64,000 nucleotides of DNA, taken from contig NC_087245.1 of assembly GCF_037042905.1 (NCBI RefSeq), positions 41,170,001-41,234,000 on the forward strand, in the 5' to 3' direction. A model generated the notes under the pieces. That model searched no databases. It saw only the letters and a program-made list of their open reading frames with translations, and was not told where the DNA came from. This stretch comes from Lytechinus pictus. Lineage: Eukaryota. Shown here piece by piece: positions 39,258 to 50,600 of this stretch. How positions within the stretch are numbered: the first letter of the stretch is position 1; each line of letters begins with the position of its first letter. The position numbers were made by a program, and so were the translations under genes.

Positions 39258-39560
39258 TAATAATACTACGTACGTACGTAATAAATACTACGTACGTACG
39301 TGATAAATATTACGTACGTACGTAATAATACTACGTACGTACGTGATAATACTACGTACGTACGTGATAATACTACGTACGTACGTGATAATACTACGTA
39401 CGTACGTGATAATACTACGTACGTACGTAATAAATACTACGTACGTACGTGATAAATATTACGTACGTACGTAATAATACTACGTACGTACGTGATAATA
39501 CTACGTACGTACGTGATAATACTACGTACGTACGTAATAAATACTACGTACGTACGTAAT
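39258..39560. repeat. Minisatellite: 14 units of 21-22 bp with a (TACG)3 palindromic core
   Basis: tgataatac-tacgtacgtacg units counted directly. Confidence 0.97.
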
Positions 39561-39805
39561 AATTAAATACTAAATAAATCCCTTTTGTTCAGGTCTGATT
39601 GTAATATCAGCTAGCACTATACGCGCTCGCATTTTGGTTAGTAAGAATACTTCTGTATGAATTCCAAAATTTCGCGTTCTCATTCGGCCTATTATTAAAT
39701 GAAAAAAAATCCTTTTTAAGAATTCATAATCCTTATTGTCTCTTTTTTCAGATCGGAATATCAACCATATTTTCAGCTAGAGCTTAGATACAGGAACTAA
39801 AAATA

Positions 39806-40528
39806 CCCAGAGGGAAAAACCAGTTCCACTGGACCAGTTAGACCAGTAGAATTTTAACTGGTAACTCTGGAAATTGGAACATCGGTTTACTGGTCTAACT
39901 GGTCATACTGGTCCAGTTAAAATTTTACTGGTCCAGATAAAAATTAAACTGGTCTTGAATTACTGGAATTTTATACTGGTCTTGTTTCTGGTGGTTGTTA
40001 CTGGTCTCACTGGTCTTCATACTGGTATCCAATCTAATTCAAGCTGGTCTTTACTGGTATAATATATTTTCTATTGGTCTAACTGGTCCTCGTACTGGTC
40101 GAACTGGTCCTCGTACTGGTCTTACTGGATCAATTTATTACATGCATTTGGTTTGTTATATACCATGGTCAGTGAAATGTGATGGAAAAGATGGTTAGTA
40201 AATTAATCTTTCTGCTGTTATTTTAAATGTGATATATGAAATTACACATTTTCATTGTGAATTAGTTCACACACTTATTTGGAAAGTTTTTAAACAACAA
40301 TGAGTGCCATTGCAAGGATATTCGATTCTAAATCCTGATTTTTCTTTTTGAAATAGAAAATATGCAAATGAGGTAAACCACGTGATCAGCATCATCAGAA
40401 TTACTGGTATTACTGGTCTTGACCAGTTCAATTTCAAACAATGAACTACTTTAGACCAGTTGACTATATCCAGTGGCGTACCTAGGATTTTCCACAGGGG
40501 GGGCAAAACCGTCCGCCCAAAAATTTGA

Positions 40529-40579
<51 letters not shown>

Positions 40580-41438
40580 TCTTCAAGCTCGTCAGGGGGG
40601 CATTAGAGGTCTTAAAGCTCGTCAGGGGGGGGGGTAAAAAAGTTTTTTTCAAGCCCGTCAGGGGGGGCAAAGATACGTTTTTGCATGGGTTGTGACTCGT
40701 CAGGGGGGGCAGAGTGCCCCCCCTGCCCCCCCCGTAGGTACGCTAGTGACTATATCAGAGGAATATATCTTGCTTTGATCTTAATCATAATTAAAGGAAA
40801 TAATTATTTTAATGATAATGTTAATACTTGATAATTATGATAATATTAATAATAATAATTACAATATCAATAACAATGGTAACAGTAATAAGAATGATAA
40901 TAACAATGATCATAATAATCACAATAATAATAATTATGATAATTATAAGAAGAATGATGATAACAATGATAACGATAATAACTTTCTCTGAATTGCAAGA
41001 TTCATTTTCCATAATTCGTCAAATGATGACTTGAAATAAAGTCATTATTTATTGGACCAGTAACACCAGTTTGATGAAAAACAATTTAACTGGTATTACT
41101 ACTTTGCTTCAACTGGAATGCAATTGTTTGAACTGGTCTCCAGTTGATTTTTACTGGTCCAGTTAAAAATCAACTGGTCCAGTAAACATTTACTGGAAAC
41201 CAGTAGAAATCTACTGAAAACCATTTATTGGACCAGAAACACCAGTTTGATGAAAAAAAATTTAACTGGTATTACTAAATGCTTCAACTGGAATGCAATC
41301 GTTGGAACTGGTCTCCAGTTGATTTTTACTGGTCCAGTTAAAAATCAACTGGCCCAGTAAAAATATACTGGAAACCAGTAAAATTATACTGGAAACCAGG
41401 AAAAATTCTTACTGGTCTTACTGGTTTTTCCTTCTGAG
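39806..41438. mobile_element. Non-autonomous DNA transposon with ACTGG/CCAGT subterminal arrays (EnSpm/CACTA-like)
   Basis: TA|cccagagggaaaaaccagt ... actggtttttccttctgag|TA; dense actggt / accagt subterminal motifs. Confidence 0.8.
40471..40748. mobile_element. hAT-type MITE nested in the 39806 element
   Basis: TIR cagtggcgtaccta / taggtacgctagtg; perfect 8-bp TSD ACTATATC. Confidence 0.9.
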
Positions 41439-42725
41439 TAGTTATCCTTTTCATAATTGATGACAAAATGTGGTTAGAATGTCCCGTTTCTAGGTATATA
41501 GATACAAAATAGAGTATCCCGTTTTCTTAAATCTCACACTTTTCCGCTCGCGCTTTGCGCGCGCCGCATCAATTATTGTTTAGTTGCATTATATGTATTC
41601 CTTCGCGCTCGCATTATTCATGAAGGAAGATAACCATCCTTTTCATAATTACAAATATAGTATTCAGTTTCTAGATCTCAGTCTCAAACTTTTCCGCTCT
41701 CATCAATAAATTGTTTCTAAATCTGAAACTTTTGTTCGTGCCCTTTAAGATTAAAGTCGCACGTACGAGCTGCAAACAAATGATATTCGGACCTAAAAAC
41801 TGGACGTTCTAAGCACTTTTTATAATTATGAACATGTAATAATTTTTTTTTTTCGTTGTCAAAAATGTCCGGTTTGGGGCTTCGTAGTTATGTCACTTTT
41901 GAGTGTTTACTTTTCAGATTTGGTTTAGCGCCCTCTTCGTTCGAAGAATTAAGGTGAACTTTGGCTCCAGAGACAAGTTGTCAAATAACGTGTGTGTGTG
42001 TGCGTGTGTGTACCATCGGCTGGTAGTATGCCATGCTGTCTAAGACTTCAAACGCGTCGGAGAGAGTGCATGGCAATTCGGTAAAACGAAGTTTCCGATA
42101 TAAAGAGATAATAAAATAACACTATGTACAGTACGCCCGGGGGGGCCACTTACATTGACGAGTGGATACCATGCGCGACCCAAAAAACACGTAAAAAGGA
42201 TGTCTTTTTCAAGAGAGGGCACGTTACGTACGTAACGTGATAAGGGTGTCAAAAACACAAAAATATTGAAAAAAGGGTATTTCCAGTACGTTGAGAGGCA
42301 AATGTCAGATCAGGGGAGGCAGGAGTACAATGGGTTTTTTTAAAGGGAAGAATAGTGTAGAATAAAAGGTATTATATATACCCAAATGATGATAGGTGAG
42401 GGAAGTGAACAATGATGTTTTTTAAAAAAAGAATGAATATACCTTACCTGAATATTATGGTGAAGCCAATTTAAAAGGAGGTGAGACAAGTTTCAATGGA
42501 GGTTTTAAAAAAGAATAAACTGTATTATGGTGAAGCCAATTTAAAAGGAGGTGAGGCAAGTTTTAATGGAGGTTTTTAAAAAGAATAAACTGTATTATGG
42601 TGAAGCCAATTTAAAAGGAGGTGAGGCAAGTTTCAATTGAGGTTTTTAAAAAGAATAAACTGTTTTATGGTGAAGCCAATTTAAAAGGAGGTGATGCAAG
42701 TTTTAATGGAGGTTTTTAAAAAGAA

Positions 42726-42942
42726 GTGGAGGCGCGATAGCTCAGTCGGTAGAGCGGGGGTTTCGGATTCCGGTGACCCGGGTCAATCGATTCCCAAGTG
42801 GTGCGCTAGTGCCCTTAATTGGTAAGGCATTTATCCTCATTACCAGGTCCCTCGGAGAGGACCTTAAGCTGTCGGTCCCCTGGTTGCTTGCTCACAGGCA
42901 TTCGTGCTTTCTTAGCAGTCAGGTAAAAAACCTCGATATAAC
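42726..42942 (+). mobile_element. tRNA-Arg(TCG)-like SINE in the satellite, copy 1 (B box disrupted)
   Basis: A box TAGCTCAGTCGG, anticodon-like arm GGGG-TTTCGGA-TTCC, B box with a CAA insertion; ~140 bp non-tRNA body. Confidence 0.85.
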
Positions 42943-43918
42943 AATAAACTGTATTATGGTGAAGCCAGTTTAAAAGGAGGTGAGGCAAGTTTCAATGGAG
43001 GTTTTTAAAAAAGAATAAACTGTACTACAAATTTAAAAGGAGGCGACGCAAGTGTCAATGGAGGTTTTTAAAAAGAATAAACTGTACTACAAATTTAAAA
43101 GGAGGCGAGGCAAGTTTCAATGGAGGTTTTTAAAAAGAATAAACTGTATTATGGTGAAGCCAATTTAAAAGGAGGTGAGGCAAGTTTCAATGGAGGTTTT
43201 TAAAAAGAATAAACTGTACTAAATTATGGTGAAGCCAATTTAAAAGGAGGTGAGGCAAGTTTTAATGGAGGTTTTTAAAAAGAATAAACCGTATTATGGT
43301 GAAGCCAATTTAAAAGGATGTGAGGCAAGTTTCAATGGAGGTTTTTAAAAAGAATAAACTGTACTAAGAATTATGGTAAAGCCAATTTAAAAGGAGGTGA
43401 GGCAAGTTTCAATGGAGGTTTTTAAAAAGAACAAACTGTATATGGTGAAGCCAATTTAAAAGGAGGTGAGGCAAGTTTCAATGGAGGTTTTTAAAAAGAA
43501 TAAACTGTATTATGGTGAAGCCAATTTAAAAGGAGGTGAGGCAAGTTTCAATGGAGGTTTTTAAAAAGAATAAACTGTATATGGTGAAGCCAATTTAAAA
43601 GGAGGTGAGGCAAGTTTCAATGGAGGTTTTTAAAAAGAATAAACTGTATATGGTGAAGCCAATTTAAAAGGAGGTGAGGCAAGTTTCAATGGAGGTTTTT
43701 AAAAAGAATAAACTGTATATATGATGAAGCCAATTTAAAAGGAGGTGAGGCAAGTTCAATGGAGGTTTTTAAAAAGAATAAACTGTATTATGGTGAAGCC
43801 AATTTAAAAGGAGGTGAGGCAAGTTTCAATTGAGGTTTTTAAAAAGAATAAACTGTATTATGGTGAAGCCAATTTAAAAGGAGGTGATGCAAGTTTTAAT
43901 GGAGGTTTTTAAAAAGAA

Positions 43919-44140
43919 GTGGAGGCGCGATAGCTCAGTCGGTAGAGCGGGGGTTTCGGATTCCGGTGACCCGGGTTCGATTCCCAAGTGGTGCGCTAGT
44001 GCCCTTTGGTAAGGCATTTATCCTCATTACCAGCTAGGTCGACCCTCGGAGAGGACCTTAAGCTGTCGGTCCCCTGGTTGCTTGCTCACAGGCATTCGTG
44101 CTTTCTTAGCTAGCAGTCAGGTAAAAAACCTCGATATAAC
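43919..44140 (+). mobile_element. tRNA-Arg(TCG)-like SINE in the satellite, copy 2
   Basis: Intact A box and B box GGTTCGATTCC; same insertion point in the satellite unit as copy 1. Confidence 0.88.
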
Positions 44141-45118
44141 AATAAACTGTATTATATGGTGAAGCCAGTTTAAAAGGAGGTGAGGCAAGTTTCAATGGAG
44201 GTTTTTAAAAAAGAATATACTGTACTACAAATTTAAAAGGAGGCGACGCAAGTGTCAATGGAGGTTTTTAAAAAGAATAAACTGTACTACAAATTTAAAA
44301 GGAGGCGAGGCAAGTTTCAATGGAGGTTTTTAAAAAGAATAAACTGTATTATGGTGAAGCCAATTTAAAAGGAGGTGAGGCAAGTTTCAATGGAGGTTTT
44401 TAAAAAGAATAAACTGTACTAAATTATGGTGAAGCCAATTTAAAAGGAGGTGAGGCAAGTTTTAATGGAGGTTTTTAAAAAGAATAAACCGTATTATGGT
44501 GAAGCCAATTTAAAAGGATGTGAGGCAAGTTTCAATGGAGGTTTTTAAAAAGAATAAACTGTACTAAGAATTATGGTAAAGCCAATTTAAAAGGAGGTGA
44601 GGCAAGTTTCAATGGAGGTTTTTAAAAAGAACAAACTGTATATGGTGAAGCCAATTTAAAAGGAGGTGAGGCAAGTTTCAATGGAGGTTTTTAAAAAGAA
44701 TAAACTGTATTATGGTGAAGCCAATTTAAAAGGAGGTGAGGCAAGTTTCAATGGAGGTTTTTAAAAAGAACAAACTGTATATGGTGAAGCCAATTTAAAA
44801 GGAGGTGAGGCAAGTTTCAATGGAGGTTTTTAAAAAGAATAAACTGTATATGGTGAAGCCAATTTAAAAGGAGGTGAGGCAAGTTTCAATGGAGGTTTTT
44901 AAAAAGAATAAACTGTATATATGGTGAAGCCAATTTAAAAGGAGGTGAGGCAAGTTCAATGGAGGTTTTTAAAAAGAATAAACTGTATTATGGTGAAGCC
45001 AATTTAAAAGGAGGTGAGGCAAGTTTCAATTGAGGTTTTTAAAAAGAATAAACTGTATTATGGTGAAGCCAATTTAAAAGGAGGTGATGCAAGTTTTAAT
45101 GGAGGTTTTTAAAAAGAA

Positions 45119-45337
45119 GTGGAGGCGCGATAGCTCAGTCGGTAGAGCGGGGGTTTCGGATTCCGGTGACCCGGGTTCGATTCCCAAGTGGTGCGCTAGT
45201 GCCCTTTGGTAAGGCATTTATCCTCATTACCAGCTAGGTCCCTCGGAGAGGACCTTAAGCTGTCGGTCCCCTGGTTGCTTGCTCACAGGCATTCGTGCTT
45301 TCTTAGCTAGCAGTCAGGTAAAAAACCTCGATATAAC
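45119..45337 (+). mobile_element. tRNA-Arg(TCG)-like SINE in the satellite, copy 3
   Basis: Intact A and B boxes; starts exactly 1200 bp after copy 2. Confidence 0.88.
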
Positions 45338-45860
45338 AATAAACTGTATTATATGGTGAAGCCAGTTTAAAAGGAGGTGAGGCAAGTTTCAATGGAGGTT
45401 TTTAAAAAAGAATATACTGTACTACAAATTTAAAAGGAGGCGACGCAAGTGTCAATGGAGGTTTTTAAAAAGAATAAACTGTACTACAAATTTAAAAGGA
45501 GGCGAGGCAAGTTTCAATGGAGGTTTTTAAAAAGAATAAACTGTATTATGGTGAAGCCAGTTTAAAAGGAGGTGAGGCAAGTTTTAATGGAGGTTTTTAA
45601 AAAGAATAAACTGTACTAAGAATTATGGTGAAGCCATGCAATTTAAAAGGAGATGAGGCAAGTTTCAATGGAGGTTTTTCAAAAGAATAAACTGTATTAT
45701 GGTGAAGCCAATTTAAAAGGAGGTGAGGCAAGTTTCAATGGAGGTTTTTAAAAAGAATAAACTGTATATATGGTGAAGCCAATTTAAAAGGAGGCGACGC
45801 AAGTTTCAATAGAGGTTTTTAAAAAGAATAAACTGTATTACAAATTATGGTGAAGCCAAT

Positions 45861-45939
45861 TCTGAAATTTTCAGTGTTATGCTTGTTGATTTTTTCTCTT
45901 TTTATTCAAATCAACTTTTTGTTGGGGTGGACTTGTCCT
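45861..45939. mobile_element. Terminal fragment of the 32632-type TTAA MITE
   Basis: tgaaattttcagtgttatgcttgttg..gttggggtggacttgtcct|TTAA, fused directly to the end of the satellite. Confidence 0.85.
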
Positions 45940-46297
45940 TTAATGTAATTGTTGTAAAACAGTACTAAATTACTCCATAACAGTATCTCTTGTGAAAAAA
46001 ATATTTGATTTGTATTAGGTCTACTCTGTGATTGTGTAGTTATACCTTGTTTCAATAAGTTCATTACAAGTTGAACATTAAACTACATCACACCAATGAC
46101 AAAAGGGGTAGAAGCATAGTTTTGCAACCTTTACTTAAAAGTTCAGCTCTTTCAAGAAAAAGCTAATCTTCACCATATACAAAATGTGAAAATGGATTGT
46201 TTAACAACTATATACAAGATTATGTTCTGCCTTCTTGAAATGGTTGCAGGAGGCTTATTCCAGCTTGTGTGGCTAATTTTATATCCCGACAACTTAA

Positions 46298-47056
46298 CCT
46301 TAACTAGGCCGGGCTTTTAGGGCTGTTCAGTGGCCAGGGGGGGGGGGGGTTGATTCCACCCCCCCCCCAAGACCTCGGTCGCCGATGGCGCGAGTGCCGC
46401 AAAAATTTGCACGCTGGTAGTGTGCGATGTGATCTACAAGGCTGTATGATAAAATTTTCAAAAATAATGAGATTTTATTTGATATGAGTTAATTATGCTA
46501 ATTTATGCATAAATCATACTTTTTGTTCTAATTCACTAAATAAAGCTCCTAGAATGCAAATTTTTTGTAAAATTATTCTTTGTAGCATTCTTAACAATCT
46601 CAATTGAAAAAAATTGTTTTGGAAATCAATTTCTTATGTATTTCATTGTTTTATAAATTTCTTATGAATTTCTTTGTTTTTCAACCTTTTGTTTTTCTTT
46701 GTTTTTTTTTCACCAGATTTATTGCACAACCTTTTTGAAGCATAATTATGCTAAAATCAATTGATTTCAGCTGTTTAAAGTAAAAATAATCATATCTTTA
46801 TGACTAAGATGAGAAAACTCAATTCGCATTGACTTTGTATATAAAATCACGTTTAGGAACAATTTTTGGTCAAATATGCACTTACAAAATGTTGCGTAAT
46901 TTCAGAACCGTGTACATGGGGTCGTAAATTTGGTCTCAAAAGATGCGCAAGACTTTTTTTTGCAAGTGGTGCAGTCAAAAAAATTTGCGCGGCGGAATGA
47001 TCGCAGAAAATGTTGAGGGGGGAGTTGATTCACCCCCCCCCCCGGCCTGTTTAGGG
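46298..47056. mobile_element. piggyBac-like MITE
   Basis: TTAA|ccttaactaggccggg ... cccggcctgtttaggg|TTAA; subterminal G-run/ttgattc/C-run motifs at both ends. Confidence 0.85.
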
Positions 47057-47499
47057 TTAAGAATCGTTGGTCTAATCAACTTTAGACTTGGTCTAAGTGT
47101 GTATAATTGAGTAGAGACGATCTGATCAGATTTTGGGGTTAAAAGTCAATGACTCATCAAATACATAATATATCCTGTTCTTGCCGTAACTCAGTAAAGA
47201 ATCATGGATGGGATCAACTTCATATTCGAAGTTTAGCTAAGGATCTGATTATATTGCAAGATTACAGATATGCAGTCGTTATATAAATTCAAATAGTTCA
47301 TTTTCATATTAACTGTACAGTTGTCAATAGGGTGAACTTCAAGCTTGGTTCCTGAATGCACATTTAAGGCAGATAATCTCAGTAAATAGTAGTAGTTCAA
47401 GTTCATAGGTCACAGACATCAATATACATGTATACCCAAAATATCTCCTATTCCCAAGTCTTATAGAATCATTTGAGGGTTCTACTGCCAATATGGCTT

Positions 47500-50400
47500 A
47501 TCTGTGCATATGACTGGTGAAATGTTAGCCCATGAGGTCAAAGTGCATGGTATAACAGTATGTCCTCAAAAAGCGTATTCTTTCTTCCAAGTGATATTTG
47601 TGACTACAGATGTTTTGCATATGTAATGAGCTTGATGAAGACCAAAACACAAGCCACGAGAGGATTACGATGAATCTGCACTCTGACTGATAACTTTTTA
47701 ATCTCCTGAATTCTTTGAAAGGATCAATTTGAAAATTCCCAGGACCAAAATCCAGTTGAAACCAATTAGAGCAAAACCAATTGAAACCAGTTGGCCAACT
47801 GGTTTCAATAGGGAAATTGGAACAACTGGAACCAATTGAAACCAGTTGCCAACTGGTTCCAGTTAAAACCAATTGGGCAACTGGAACCAGTTGGCAATTG
47901 GTTTCAATTGGTTCCAGTTGAAACCAATTTAAGCAACCAGTTGGCAACTGGTTTCAATTGGTTCCAGTTGTTCCAATTTCCCTATTAAAACCAGTTGAAT
48001 CCAATTGGAGGCAACTGGTTTCAATTGGTTCCAGTTGAAACCAATTGGAGGCAACTGGTTTCAACTGGATCCAGTTGAAACTAATTGGTTTCCAACTGGA
48101 TCCAATTGGAAATTCCAGTTGGAATAACTTAATTAATGACAAATTAATTAGAATTTGCACTAACTATTGCTCATGCCAACAAAGAAGCAGTGCTATATGT
48201 TTATTAATACCAATGTAAAGGGCATTGATAAATCAGACTTTCTTCATGTATATATATTTATATGAAAGATCTTCAAATATATGTATTTGTATTTGATGTA
48301 ATTTGGTAACAGTTAGTGGTGTACTAATTATCTCATAATCTGTTTTAATTATAATCTATAACATTTATGAACATGGTTTTCACTGCTAAGCATTCTAAAC
48401 ACTTATCTGAAACAAGTATGGTACTTGAATTAGAAAAGAATTAAATAGATACATTTTAAATGATGATGAATCACATAAAACATTAATCTGTGCACACTGG
48501 CAGATAATATGCAAATTAACTGGTTTCAATTGGAACCAGTTGGGTAACTGGAAAATTTCCAATTGGAAACCAATTGGAAGTCATTTCCAGTTACCCAACT
48601 GGATCCAGTTAGGATTTCCAGTTACCCAACAGGTTCCAATTAGAATTAATTTCCAGTTAATCACCTTTCCAGTTAGAAGTCATCTCCAGTTACCCAATTG
48701 GTTCCAGTTAGGATTTCCAGTTACCCAACTGGTTCCAATTAGAAATCATTTCCAGTTGGAAGTCAATTCCAGTTAGGATTTCCAGTTACCCAACTGGTTC
48801 CAATTAGAAATCATTTCCAGTTAGAAGTCATTTCCAGTTACCCAACTGGTTCCAGTTAGGATTTCCAGTTACCAAACTGGTTCCAGTTAGAAATCCTTTC
48901 CAGTTGGAAGTCATTTCCAGTTACCCAACTGGTTCCAGTTAGAAATCATTTCCAGTTAAGTCATTTCCAGTTACCCAACTGGTTCCAGTTAGGATTTCCA
49001 GTTACCCAACTGGTTCTAGTTAGGATTTCCAGTTACCCAACTGGTTCCAGTTAGGATTCCCAGTTACCCAACTGGTTCCAGTTAGAAATCATTTCCAGTT
49101 AGAAGTCATTTCCAGCTACCCAACTGGTTCCAGTTAGGATTTCCAGTTACCCAACTGGTTCCAGTTAGAAATCATTTCCAGTTGGAAGTCATTTCCAGTT
49201 ACCCAACTGGTTCCAGTTAGGATTTCCAGTTGCCCAACTGGTTTCAATTGGTTTCAACTGGAAATTGTTATATTCCAGTTGAAACCAATTGAAACCAGTT
49301 GGAAATCCAACTGGTTTCAATTGGATTTTGGTCCTGGGTTACCTCTTGTGTGAGTGAAGATTTTTAGTCAAATTTCTATTGTCAGCAAGGTCATGTTAAA
49401 AATGTAAATATATAATATATTCTTGGTCTAGCAAAGGCAGTGCCATAAATTTTGACTGCATGTAGTTGAGAATCCATTTAGTTATAGTCATAAAACATTA
49501 ACGGCTAATTGTATCCATTCAACTTAGGGTTTCTTATTCCTACGATACTTGCTAATGTTAAATCATGGAGAATCACCTGTGTAAATAATGATACATTGTT
49601 TGTTAGCATTAATCTGCATTGAGGCTGATAAATTTCTTTGATAACTATTTGATGCAAGATTATATGACCTTTGTGTTTTATTCAGTATTTTTAGACTGTC
49701 TCATATCATTTTGAACATAATTTGCGACCATTTTTGCTGCCCACTCAACAGTCTTTGTAGATGTTTGTGCAAAAACTTGATTAGAATGCATGCCGTTATC
49801 ACACAGTACTTGCTAACTTTTATTATCTTTTATCATGATCCTAGGCCTGCCAGTACTGAAAATAAACGTATTTTAAACTGTATTATAGCGTATATTTTTA
49901 TTTACTCAAGCTGCAGTTGCTTTCCATGATCATGAATTGGTTTTATAATACTTGCTGTTAACTAATGTAATTGTCACTTGTTTTTTCTAACAGCGAGAAT
50001 ATATTGCTATATGTGTCCAGCCACCCCAATACCAACAATAAATACATTGATTTAAAGATTCTCATTGATCTTGAGCGATCACATCCTAAGCTGTAAAATG
50101 ATTTATCTTGTTAATATTGATCAATAATATCCCTCGCTAGTACTTCATTGAATGCAGAAGAAGTTTGGTGAGAGCTTCAACAAATAAGAGAACAAGATTT
50201 GGGGTTCACTTAAGCATGCGATGTGTAATATGTAGTTCAACTACTTAGCAGTGAGCAAAACACGGATATCAAAGTCTTGTATTTTGTCTTCAACTTTTAC
50301 AACCTCACATTTTGACAGTATGAAGAAATTTCTTTTTTTTTCTTCGGATAAACCAATATTCTAAATATGCGTTTGGAAAACTGAATTACTATTTTGGTTA

Positions 50401-50600
50401 TTTTCTACGAACCTTCCCTGGCAACTTATTGTTGATATTTGGGTGGCTGGCCACATTTGTTTTGAGAAAAAATATCAAAGAGTATATGAAAAAAATATTT
50501 ATGTAAAAAAGCTTGCCTAGCTGTTGGTATTTTCTTCTATTGTACTTTGTCATGTAACTCTGGTAGATTTCATTTCGTTACACAAAATGGGGTTCAGTAT
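47500..50600 (+). pseudogene. Highly decayed LDLa-LRR-7TM GPCR (GRL101/LGR-like) pseudogene, split by the 47738 transposon
   Basis: Collinear + strand fragments: SDICDY..CNELDE (47587-47640), LHVVENPFSY (49456), LRLINFFDNYL (49619), ICDHFCC..CKNLI (49720-49782), IGFIILAVN*..LTA(fs)YIAICVQPPQY (49936-50032); many stops and frameshifts; boundaries approximate. Confidence 0.45.
47738..49338. mobile_element. Non-autonomous EnSpm/CACTA-like element with CCAGTT/AACTGG subterminal arrays
   Basis: TT|cccaggaccaaaatcca ... tggattttggtcctggg|TT; repeat arrays at 47750-48120 and 48520-49320 around an AT-rich core. Confidence 0.88.

Larger units (their letters stand above)
41956..45860 (+). repeat. Left arm of large inverted repeat: ~500 bp unique DNA + ~70 bp satellite array (42455-45860)
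   Basis: Begins gaactttggctccagagacaagttgtc, the reverse complement of 55618-55644; unit tattatggtgaagccaatttaaaaggaggtgaggcaagtttcaatggaggtttttaaaaagaataaactg. Confidence 0.95.

Noticed and set aside
42726..45337. Three genuine tRNA-Arg genes
   Set aside because: Acceptor and T stems pair poorly, there is no oligo-T terminator after the tRNA-like part, and each is followed by a conserved ~140 bp SINE body
47525..48776. W/Q/L-rich ORFs as transposase or protein repeats
   Set aside because: They are largely translations of the CCAGTT/AACTGG subterminal arrays; no DDE or other catalytic motif
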